From assembly GCA_045837725.1 (NCBI GenBank), contig JBEWZL010000244.1, positions 372,001 to 436,000 of the forward strand: a DNA stretch of 64,000 nucleotides, given 5' to 3'. Source of the DNA: Vermamoeba vermiformis. Taxonomy: Eukaryota. A program made the position numbers and the translations under genes. Positions 41,004 through 52,079 of this stretch are shown here, piece by piece; the stretch's first letter is position 1; each line of letters opens with the position of its first letter. The notes beneath the pieces are model-generated. The model made no database searches. It was given only the letters and a program-made list of their open reading frames with translations, and was not told the DNA's origin.

Positions 41004-42847
41004 ATGAAAATTATAGTCTTATTATCGGTCGTTATTAGTATTTTTTTTACGAGCGTGGGTGCAACATGTAACTCTACCAATGTTTATTTTTCATATGAAT
41101 CCGCCTACGTTAAATCCAATTACACGATTACCTTTGACGACCAAGGTTGGAATACCGAGGTACCAACGACGCTTAGTACTCCATTAGTACTCAGCCCTGG
41201 CCCAATCACGATCCGGATCTCGGGCACTAACTGCGAGATTCGAAATTCCCTTTCCTGGTTGGATGGAACGGTCGGAGAAGGTGCCTATTGGAATGGAAGT
41301 GCGCTTTGGGATACAAGCAATTCCTTTGAAGTTACCGGCCCAGGCTATTATATGACCACTACTGCTGCTGACTCAGTTTGTACATTTGAGTTCGATCCGC
41401 CGGTCTCGCAGATTCAGGTGCGGACAATGTGCGGCAAATACGTCTTTGGAAGCCTTAAAATATATGATAAGGATAACATAGAAATGGGATGCCTACCTCA
41501 ATATAACGCTCCAGGACAAAACGTTAACTTTCAATTATGGTACACTGGATTAAGCAAGCAGATCGCCAAGCTAGAGTATACTGGAGGCCTTTTCGCTATT
41601 GACGAAATTGATTTACGATCGGGTTGCAAAGAAGGAGAATTTTGGAACATCACTAGGTGCTCTGGTAAGTTAACCGCCGAAATAATTAATTTTTTGTTAG
41701 ATTTGCTTTTTTTAAATATGAAATTATACTAAATTAGGCCTAATTTATTCTATTAGATTATGATGAATGCCTTTTTGGCTACTGCAACGAGAATGCTAAC
41801 TGCATAAGTCCAAATAACATCCCGCAATGCACTTGCAAGCCTGGATTCGTTGGCGATGGAATTGGGCAATTTGGATGTGACGGTAAGTTACTCAATATAT
41901 ATAATAGCATTTATCCCTGGAATGAGTTTGGCTTTCGGATGCGAAAAGCGTACTATTTTTTTAAAAATTAATTATTAATTTTTTGTTGCGCAGATCTGCA
42001 GGAGTGTTTGGGACCTGTAGATACGTGTCCTAACGGCACTTTATGTTCTAATGAAGTCGGTGGATTCTTATGCTATTGCGATACCTACTATTTCGAATAT
42101 GGTGTTGGCACACCTGAAAACGTGACTTGCATAGGTAAGATCCCGTTAAAACTATTTTCACTGAACGAGATCCGATTCTAATTTTTTGTTTTCTAAATAT
42201 AGACATCGACGAGTGCGCACGAACAGAGGGAGCAGGTGGTTACCCGTGCGATTCTAACGCCACGTGCACGAATAAGTACGGTGGTTATCAATGCACTTGT
42301 AACGCTGGCTACGAAGGTGATGGCCTAAACAAGTATTTCGGCACTGGCTGCAAGAGTAAGTAATAATAAGACCGATCACGTGATTCAATTTATTTTGCCA
42401 AGTTTGGCGAGACAAAGTCATTTTACTGCCTCCCAAAAATTTCTTTCGTTTGAAACACTTGAAAAAAAAAAGAATTTAAGAGTCCACCGACAAATTCAAT
42501 TAGAGTTAATAGTACTATACTTGTGAATGTCGGTTACGGTGATAACGTACTAACCTCTCGCAGTGATTGACCTGTGCACAAATCCCGATGCGTGCAGCCC
42601 GTTGGCCACTAGCTGCGAGAGCTACAACGGCGTGACACTGAACTGCACGTGTCCAGCTGGCTACGAAGGCGATGGTGTGGGCAAGGATGGCTGCAGCTTG
42701 ATCATTCCCACCGCACCACAAAGCAATACTAATGTACCAATAACAGCTAAAGTATCTGGCGCTAGCTTGCTCGGTGGTTATGGACGATGGTTGAACCACG
42801 TGCTGTTGATGTGCTTCGTTATATCGGCAGTGTTTAACATGTATTAA
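41004..42847 (+). CDS. Secreted or surface protein with calcium-binding EGF-like repeats and a hydrophobic C-terminus
   Basis: Signal peptide and beta-rich N-domain. Exons DYDECLFGYCNENANC..CTCKPGFVGDG, DIDECAR..CDSNATCTNKYGGYQCTCNAGYEGDG and CTCPAGYEGDG. Confidence 0.88.
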
Positions 42848-43047
42848 ATTGCAATAATTATTAGCTTTCCAATTTAAAAAACAAAAGTAATAATGCATCC
42901 GCTTCAAGTTTCATATGAAAAATACTCTTACACAGACGGGTTGATATCGTTGTATGAACGGATCCTCTCAGTGCCGATCCGCCGTTCTCTTTTTGTTTGA
43001 CTAATAAATAATTTACTATGGCGAGTACATGTAACATTACGTATTCG

Positions 43048-46000
43048 TCACTCTGATTTCTCATCGACAACTGCATGGCTATTCGAGTGCGTGTTGCCGT
43101 TCAAGTGAAGCACATCCACGCTCTTCTTTACATCGTTATTAACTGCTGTACTATTATTATTATTCTCAGCACTATTCATATTATTCACATCGTTATTATT
43201 ATGTTTGTATTCAGTCTTGTGATCTCCGTTCATTTTTGAAGTTTCATCCGTCGATCCGTTGGCTTGAGTGGCGGTATTGTCGGTACTCGAGGCACTTTCC
43301 TTATTTGGAATATCAACTACCTCTTCTATGGTTGGTGCCTCGTAGTGCCCTCGTCCTCGGAGAATTTCTTCAAACATGGCCAATTGTTTTTTGAAGCCTG
43401 GGTTCGGGTTCACAACACTCCTGTGAAATGATTGTTAATGCGTTGCCTTATATAGTAATGATTTCCTTTTATGAAACAATAACGTACCTTCGTTCTACAG
43501 TATACGCAAATGCCTCCATATATTTCATTTTCTTCGCGTGCATCAAATACGCGATGACAAGTGTCGCGCTGCGTGACATGCCGACTTGGCTGCAAACGAC
43601 AAGATTATTACCAAATATGGCAAGTGGGGTAACTGCAGTACGTACCAATGCACTAAAACTTTTCCGCCGTGAGCAACCGCTTCTTCGATGAATTTTATCG
43701 TGTGTTCAAATTGCGACTGAATTTCTTGTTGGTACGAGTCCAATAAATTCAACACGCGATATTTAAAGTGCTATATTTGGTAATAAGTTAATAATCACGT
43801 GATCGATAGAATTGAATTCGCACGTACTTTTGGAAATTGTTGCACGGCTCCTGCGGCGTTCAAAATGTGAGTTATTCCGAGGGCTTTGAGACCTGTTGTT
43901 ACCATATTAGGGCATGGATTTTCCATATTTAGTAATAATACATTAATACGTACCTTGTTTGTTCGTCGCTGCAAATGACGATCCCAAATACAAATGATCC
44001 AAAATTTTGTCGGGCAATGCGTCAAAAAATGTTTCTTTTGTCGCGTAATTGAGCTCTTCCATAATTTCTTCGGGAATTTCCACGAAAAAATTCTTATAAA
44101 AGAACCAACACTTCAATTTATCAATATGTTCTTGTCGGACCTTTGGTAATTGCGTCAAATAGTTGCAACTAATGTCTAATTTCTTGAGCGTGTGGTTGAC
44201 TGCCAGATCCAATATTGATTCGGGGAAATGATGCAATTTGTTGTTGGAAACGTTCAGTTCTTTCAATGTGCTCAGATGATCCACTGGTGGTAACTCGCGC
44301 AACTTGTTGTAACTGCAAAACAATATGCACTCATTAGTATACTCTCGTTATTAATAACCAAAAAAGGCAACTAAAGTTCGGTACAAAAGGCCTCGAGCTC
44401 GGAAATTTTTTTTTCACGATTAATCTTAAAATTATTTGGAAGGCGTAATCAAGATGTGAAGTTACTATAAATGGTAATATTATTAAATGATAAATATACG
44501 GCGTACCTTAAATCAATAATTTTGATGTTGGGCATGTAAGCAAATAATTTTGGCGGCAAACGCTTGATCTGATTTTTTCTGAAGTCGAGTGTCACCAACG
44601 AACTTAATTCTCCGAAATTCTCCGGGACTTCTGTCAGTTGATTGCTCGTGAAATATATTTGCGTCAATTTTTTCAGTTTGGTGACCTGCGGTGATATTTT
44701 TTTGATTTGGTTGCCAGTCAAAATCAACTCGTTCAGTGATTCTAATGTTCCGATATTATCCGGAACCTCTGCGATACGGTTCGATGACAAGTTTAGAATT
44801 TCCAAATTAGGTAAGTTGGCCTGAAAAAAAAAAATTAAAACTCGGATCAAATACCAAATAATATCATATTATGTATACTATATTATATTAATCTATATTG
44901 TATTAATACTTACGATATTTTCGATTGATTTGATTTCGTTTGAGGACAGGTTGAGCTTCTTCAAATTTTTTAGTTTTGAAAGGTGTTGCGGTAGCTGTCC
45001 TAATCCATTAATTTGCACTTCTAACGTCGTCAATTTGATCAGTTTTTCAATGCCCTATGAATAATAACGATTATTAGCAAGGAGCTATTGGGGCGACCGG
45101 GTAATAATCCGGATAAAATGACACGCTTTTCACAATTTATCCTTATATGGAAACAGAATCTTTGAAGGCTCTGTTGTATCATTAAAGTAAAATTTATCGT
45201 TATAATACTGAATTAAGTATTGTTTTTAAAAAGTAGATCGGATCTCTTTAATTAAATCACGCAAGAAAATTAATTAACGAAAGATTTTACGCGGTAATGA
45301 TTAAATCTATTAACCTTAAGTAATAATTATAGATTATTCTTGCGATTTGAGTTGTTTCTTAAAGACAAATCTCGCGTGTATCTCGCTCGATCTGACAACT
45401 CCAAAGAACATATGAAACGGTATCATTATTATTCGTACATACGCGCTCGATAAAACAATTGCAAAATTAATAAATAAAGTGAATATGATTAAATTGGAAT
45501 TATTAATAAAATCGTAATCTTCTTGGATGCGCTATTTTTACCTCTAAGGTATCTACATCATTTGAAGCTAGTGAAAGGCCTTCCAAGTTTGTTAGTGTTA
45601 ATAGTGCTGCTGGCAGTCGATCGAATCGGTTGCTGTTGAGATTCAGATGCACCACTGCGCACGAAGTCAGTATTACGGAGGAATGAAGCTATTTAAATAA
45701 TATGCATAATATTTATTGATACTACTGTATATTTTTTAAGCTACTTACGCGAGGTTTGCAAAGTTTCTATTTCATCTGGAAGTGTCGACAAAAAGTTCCT
45801 TGATAGATCCAAGGTCTTTGCTCCTTTCATTTCTAAATAAATATAAAATATTAAATATAATCATATTTTTATTTGGCGTTATTATTTTGCCTCCGCAAGC
45901 GGTGGACTAACTGCTTTTCAAATCCGCCACGCGCCAAATAATTATTTTAAACGGAGTAATATTATGCAAAGATTCGCCGCATTTAAAACAGTATAATATT

Positions 46001-46067
46001 TACTTGGTATACGGCCTGGTAAATCGGCATTTTTTAGATCGCAAGCATGGAGTACTATGTCGGACAT
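43048..46067 (-). CDS. LRR-containing dual-specificity protein phosphatase
   Basis: N-terminal LRRs (LEILNLSSNRIAEVPDNIGTL...). DSP domain PDKILDHLYLGS, LGITHILN, catalytic VLVH|CQVGMSRSATLV and VNPNPGFKKQL. N-rich tail. Confidence 0.93.
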
Positions 46068-46774
46068 TTTGTGGATTCGGGTTTGGATTAATTACACGGG
46101 GGATTTGGTCTATTTACAAATAAATATATGATGAATTATAGGTGCCTCCTAGTGTGGTATTTTACGTTCATTTTTTGGTGAAATTTGGAGAAACAATTTG
46201 TTCCGAATACCCGGCCTAATCCAAATATAATTATCCGAATAAAACAGACACTGACAAACAATTAAAAACGATTTTTTCAAACTTTCGCTCAAATTTTACG
46301 TGTTTACAATAAAGCATCTAGTATGCACTCGACGATCGCCTTTCGTTTAGCTAAAAAAGGTCATCAAAACTTTGAGTGACGAAGAAACCCTTCTCAGCTA
46401 ACGCAGCAGTGTTAGGCAGTGCTGGTTTGAGAAGCACAAAGAGGCTTGGAGGTGGCGCCCTGGGAGCGTTTAAAAAAACGCGCAGACGCTCCAGTGGGAG
46501 GAATTTTCCGTTCGCTGCATAATACACGCTATTGGACGTTAGTTATGATACAAATAGTAAAGGTTCCACCTACCGCCAGAATGTGACCATGCGTTCTAAT
46601 TGTAAAGCTACGAAGATGATGTTCGTCCAAGGTTTTGACCGTACTTTTGCTTCGGCTGTTATTGTCGTCTGTAACGCAGATAATTTTGCCGCAAAGTTTG
46701 TGCCATGCAATTGCTGAAGCAACGCAAAATCATCCATCATAGTCTTCGCTCGAAGCCCCATATTTAGCGAAGTA

Positions 46775-46908
46775 TGAAATGATTGTAAGACAAGGAGTAG
46801 GATAAGAAGACGTTTATTACGAGGATTACAGCGCTATTTATGTTATCGAAAGGGACATTTCCCTAACGATGCGCAATATCGTTCCAACGATATTCGCAAT
46901 TCGTTACA
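46775..46908 (-). repeat. 3' LTR
   Basis: Identical to the 5' LTR except at 46788 versus 47861. Preceded on the minus strand by a polypurine tract at 46909-46921. Confidence 0.9.
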
Positions 46909-47449
46909 TTCTCCCTTCCTTATATTGAAGTTGTATATATATAATAAAAATATCTATTTCTTACTAAAATTGAGTGATTTTGCGAAGGGATAAAGATACA
47001 GAGGGATAGGAGATCGGCGCAGTGATAATTTCGAATTACAAGAGAGAGACACAGATCAGTGCCAATAATTTTTAGCTTCTTCGAGATTTGATGAGAGAGG
47101 CATCGCTCAATGTCGAGTTTGAGACGGGAAATTCGTGCGTAGAAGTAAAAGGACAGACTTCGCGTTGATTTTGAACTTCGGGTTTTTGCGTTATAAATTT
47201 CTCGAGAATTTCAGCAGCTGATTTTCCTTCTTCTTCGTGCAATGTCTCGTAATTCTTCTTCTTCAGGCTGTTTCGGGCGGTAGGAATAATTTAATTAAGT
47301 CAGATTTCTTCTTCTTTTTCTTCTATTTCTTTTTAACTCTCTTCTCCTTAATTTTCGTCGGCATTACTCTGGGTGCGAGAGTGATGGCGATTAATTGGAA
47401 AATTAAACCTGAAAGGCTAATTAGAAATAACAAAAAAACAAGCAGAAAG

Positions 47450-47821
47450 TCATTCTAAAATTGAGGATTTCATCGAGACTAGCATAGGCCTTAACTCTGA
47501 GAATGCTTGCAGAAAGATTCTCGAGAATTTTGTGCGGATCGTCGACATTGAGACATTTTGAATGTGGTGCTTGTGAGAAGCCAATCGAGTCATTAGAGCA
47601 CGTAGAAGCTCGGCAGAGTTGAGACTGAAGATTTGAACGGTGAGAGCTAGGTTGGTGAACCATTCGAAGCATTGTTGACGTTGTGTGTCAGGATCGGGAA
47701 TCGGATCAACGGCGGCAATGAAACTATTGACTTTAGCAGAGTCAATATTCATATCCTCCCGCTCCTTATAAATAGGCACGTGTGACAGTTTCTTGAACGG
47801 AGAGACGAGATCTCGCTCCAT
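47450..47821 (-). CDS. Internal ORF of the LTR element, possibly a truncated gag-like protein (123 aa)
   Basis: The ATG lies just after the PBS (MERDLVSPF...CFEWFTNLALTVQIFSLNSAELLRALMTRL). Its position fits gag; homology is not confirmed. Confidence 0.5.
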   Translation of the reverse strand: MERDLVSPFKKLSHVPIYKEREDMNIDSAKVNSFIAAVDPIPDPDTQRQQCFEWFTNLALTVQIFSLNSAELLRALMTRLASHKHHIQNVSMSTIRTKFSRIFLQAFSELRPMLVSMKSSILE

Positions 47822-47847
47822 TGTTGACCGGTATGTTCGGAACCAAA

Positions 47848-47981
47848 TGAAATGATTGTACGACAAGGAGTAGGATAAGAAGACGTTTATTACGAGGATT
47901 ACAGCGCTATTTATGTTATCGAAAGGGACATTTCCCTAACGATGCGCAATATCGTTCCAACGATATTCGCAATTCGTTACA
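47848..47981 (-). repeat. 5' LTR
   Basis: Minus strand TGTAACG...ATTTCA, followed after 2 nt by a TGG-starting PBS (47828-47845). Confidence 0.9.
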
Positions 47982-49388
47982 AAGTATTTTCACCGAGGTA
48001 CAACCCGTTGTACGCAATCCTGTATGGAAAATTATAAATTACAATTTCTGGTAAAAAACGGCATACTTTTTAGGCCCAAATGTCGCAGTGAAGCACGGTT
48101 GAGAGGGAAGCGAGCTTAAATGAAAGTAACCAACGACGTCTGTCTGAATCGAAGGTGGATCTGTAGATAGCTGACGGCGCATGTCCTCGGGCAAGAGAGC
48201 GCACAACTTGTCGAAGGAGGATTCAAGTAACGCCTGGTTCAAGCGCGTTCTATCAGTCAGTTTTGCTTTGCAGCTTGTAGGCGCCGAGTAGTTCGTAATA
48301 TTTAACTCGCGGAGTATCGCTTCAACCTCGACCAACTTGGATTCGCCAAGCTTTTCTCCTGCCAAAATGCTCGCCTGATTACTCAAACCATTATCCACCG
48401 TTACCGTAAGCTCGTCGACATTAGCGGTGAGCGAAGTTGAGGCTTTCGTAACGTGCAAAGTATTCTTGACAAAAGGTTAATGTACTACACCGAATTTATT
48501 CGTACCTTGTGCTTTCCGTCTGGCCCAGCTGTTAACCAGTGTTGGTCGTCGCTTTCAATTGAGGTCTCATTTTCTCTGTTTTTATTGTTCTTTTTGGACG
48601 TTGACTGGTCGCTACGAGCCTGCGTATCATAAAATTAATGTACGAATACAAGAAGTAACGTTACTTGGGTGCTGCTTTTGCAGCGCATCCAACATTACTT
48701 TCTTTTTTGTGAACAACTTACCACAATTTTAGTTGCAACCTTTGATTCTCCCCTATCTAAATGATAACAAAGATAAGCCTCATTTGCAGGAATTTTTGTA
48801 AGCAGATTTAGGATCGGCTTGCAAAAGAATCGAACATACCCATAGAACTATCTTTGGCTTGTATTTCTTTAACGCCCTTGCGCTGTTTTACTCGCGCGTT
48901 CTTTTTCTTTTGGTTGTTTGTTCTTGCTTGCATGTTCGCACAGTCATTACGTTCAACGCACTTTTTTTTCTTTTTCCTCTTCTCTGTTGGGATATGATCG
49001 AACAATCAACGAATATAAATACATCATAAAATACAGATTTAGCAACCTTCGGCAATTAAAGGCATCATTGACTGTTAAGATCGGATCCTCTTTGCAGATT
49101 TGTACATCGATCCCGGAGCTTCCTCTTTTTGTCAACGGGCAATTATCTTCTATATCCTTTCTATCGCGTTATCGTTGCTGATACATGTTATTTGTCGTTG
49201 AGTTCGCATTTGACTTCTGCTCAACGGAAAGCCAGCGCAAAAAGGGTGTTATATCAAACCTAACTTTTACGAAAGACAAGAAAACAACTTGACGAAATAG
49301 TCCTTTAATTTTGCCCAGATAGCTAGTTGTGCATACTAACTGCCCGAACAATGTAAAATACGTACAGATCCGCTATGAAGTAGCGTAT

Positions 49389-51760
49389 TTAAAGACGGAT
49401 CACGCCCAGCAAGATAAGAAGCCCAACCACTAGGCCTCCAACGCCAATGACCAGACCGGCAACTAAGAAAAATACTCTAAAAGCAATTGCTATTAGCTCT
49501 GTGACTCGTTACAAAATTCAGAAATTTGGCGGGCAAAATTCAAAGAAATTAAATCTCGATGTTGTATTAAATAAGTAAGGAGAACTCTTCGACCTACCTC
49601 CAGAATGAAACAGGATAGTTAGGAGCATAAACATTTCGACCAGTACCCACGATCCAAGCGTGTCGTTGTTTGTTACCGTAAGAATAAGTTACTTCGTAAA
49701 TAGGCAACTATATAATATATAGTTAGTATATTGTAAGGTCTAATTAGTATTCTAAGGTCTAATCTGCTCGCGTGACTGAACAGATCGGCTTGCAACTTAC
49801 TCCTTTGACGCTCAATCGTTGCCAGTGTTGCAATTTATCATTGTAAGTGGCTTTAGCAAGCAATGAGTTGCAAGTAGTATTTACATGTACGTTAATTCTC
49901 GTTTGAAGGCCCTAGCAGTAAATTAGTAAAAAGATCAAGTCCGCGCATCCAAGTTGAACTTACTTGATGCGATTCAATATGCTCTAAAGGACCGACTCTG
50001 ATCGCTTCTTCTCTTAAAATATCAACACCTTCCGCAGCTAACGCATAAAAAGGTCAGTTACGGAAATTTCGACTCGCGAGATCCAGGTCAAACTTACAGC
50101 TAATCTTCTTATCAGGGACAACATCTTTCATCAGAGGGTTCAACACACTCTTGACAATGCCTTCTTCTTTTTCAGTGTACCATTTAACTTCGAGTACTTT
50201 GTAATGTAACAGGTCACGTGCTCCTTGACAAGTACCGCACACAACTTGACCAGATCCGTTGCACGTGAAACAGCGATTATAGCCGTGATGGCAGTGATGG
50301 CAATGTACTATACATATATTTGTTATATTATTGATACGACCGAATAAATAATTAAGCAAAAACGAAATGTGATCGTGAAATGTTGCGAATGCGGATCTGG
50401 ATGTTTCTCAGACTATTCTCAACCACGTATAATAACAGTATCGTGATTATGCACGTACCTCTCTTTTCTCGGCTGTGTCTGTGACCGTTGCTATCAGTGT
50501 GCCATTCAGTCTCGTGTCTGTGGCCAGTTCCATGGCACCAAGTGCATCGAGTCTCACCGTGACCTTTTGACATCCAAATGTTAGCCACAATTACTAATAT
50601 ATTCTATCTATATATTAAAATAACGTTATGACGTACCATGGCAGTGCCAACATTCAACACGACCGTGTCCGTGGCAAGTAAAGCAGCATTCGACGTATTC
50701 AGCGTGCGGGAGTTCAGTACGAACCACGCGTTCAGTCCAAATTGGAGGACGTTCAAAAGGCAATTGCCAAGCACCAGGAATAGGTCCTATAATATTACAA
50801 TCAATATTCAGACCATCCAGATTATTTCAGTAAGGTCGATCCAGGATCCCTAAATTTTTGCGACTTACCGTTACGTTGATCATCTACGGGACCTCCTCTG
50901 TATGGTTTATATTTAGGAATGACTCGACGTCCTTCCACGAAGGAATCAACGCCAACAACATAAGCGTTGGTCGCGACGAAATTTGAGAAGATCAGCCGAT
51001 GCGCAATACCCTTCACTCTAAACTTTGTCTTATGTGTTGCCCATTCTTCCAGAGCCTATTAAATAATAATAATGTTAGTTGGTTGAAAGGTAACAAAATT
51101 GATTGACAACGGTGTGTTCGATCGCATGTGAAACAGGCGAAGGAATAGGTGTAAAATCGCCCGATTAGAAGCAAAATATTCAAATAATATGATATTTGTG
51201 GTCATACTTACGTTTTTAACATCGAGTTCTGTCAAAGGAGCTGCATCAAGCAAAAGTGGACCAGCTGGAACCTACAACCACGAGAATAATTGTTAGCATT
51301 TTCAATCAATATTAATACTCATATGCGATTGCAAAAAATAATAAATAACGATATGGCCCTGGTTACTAGTAAAAAAATTGAATTATTGTGAGTTAATTTT
51401 GTCTCGTTTCTTACTTGAGGAGCAGCGGGCGCAGGAAGATCTGCAGGAGGAGCAGACCAGATAATATTGCCTATAGAGTTAGATTATAATCAGATCTAAA
51501 ATACTTTTGAGATCTCAACCGCCGAAACCTACTCTCGTCTGGCTGTTTAGCTGCGGCATTAGGATCTACTGAAATAATGACCTCGCTAGGCTGTGCTTGT
51601 TGTGGCAACACTGGTTGCGCACCAACTAAGGGAGTGTGTTCTGATAACGGATTCTGTCAGTCTGATCGAATTTTATTGTTCTATATTTGTTATTGAATTT
51701 ACCGTTCATATTGCCTTGTTGTAACTGTACGCACGAAGATAGTACGAATGATAGCGACAT
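49389..51760 (-). CDS. SSUH2-like protein with DnaJ-type CxxCxGxG zinc-finger repeats and a C-terminal TM
   Basis: KPYRGGPVD, CFTCHGHGRVECWHCH|GHGETRCTWCHGTG, CFTCNGSGQVVCGTCQG, WIVGTGRNVYAPNYP, hydrophobic tail. Start approximate. Confidence 0.8.
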
Positions 51761-52079
51761 TTTCTGAGATTTTTTACCAGACTGCGGTCTGCCAGGGCTC
51801 CTTGTAAACTTGGGAACACTGATTTTAGGAATTGTTGGTAGGGAGATATTTTATGTCACTTTAGTCATTTTACGTAAACGTGAAAGCGGACTATAACGAC
51901 AATTGGAGTGCCAAGTGTACACTAGGCGATCTGATCCGAATCCGGACTGATTTTTCAATCTTTAACTAATTTACAATAAAATGCTACGGGCATTGTGGTG
52001 CGAATATTACAAAGATAGATCTTTTTGCAACGCACGCAATTCTGCTGATACCGAGTGAATCCACTTCTGACTCGTTGTT

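Larger units (their letters stand above)
46775..47981 (-). mobile_element. Non-autonomous LTR retrotransposon (TRIM-like or internally deleted), 1207 bp
   Basis: 134-bp direct repeats at 46775-46908 and 47848-47981 with one mismatch and TG...CA ends. 5-bp TSD AAGTA at 46770-46774 and 47982-47986. PBS TGGTTCCGAACATACCGG next to the 5' LTR and PPT AAGGAAGGGAGAA next to the 3' LTR. Confidence 0.92.
46351..48688 (-). pseudogene. Hypothetical protein gene disrupted by an LTR-element insertion (5' end approximate)
   Basis: Removing 46775-47981 plus one TSD copy rejoins ...IAYNGLYLGENT with SLNMGLRAKTMMDDF... in frame. The upstream exon is ORF 48039-48458 and the last exon ends at TAG 46351-46353. 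Confidence 0.7.

Noticed and set aside
46775-47981. 134-bp direct repeat as a simple exon duplication or CRISPR-like repeat
   Set aside because: TSD, PBS, PPT and TG..CA termini identify it as an LTR pair. There are only two copies and no spacer array.
48800-49351. Several short overlapping ORFs between the disrupted gene and the SSUH2-like gene
   Set aside because: Low-complexity or alternative-start ORFs with no motifs and no convincing splice structure.
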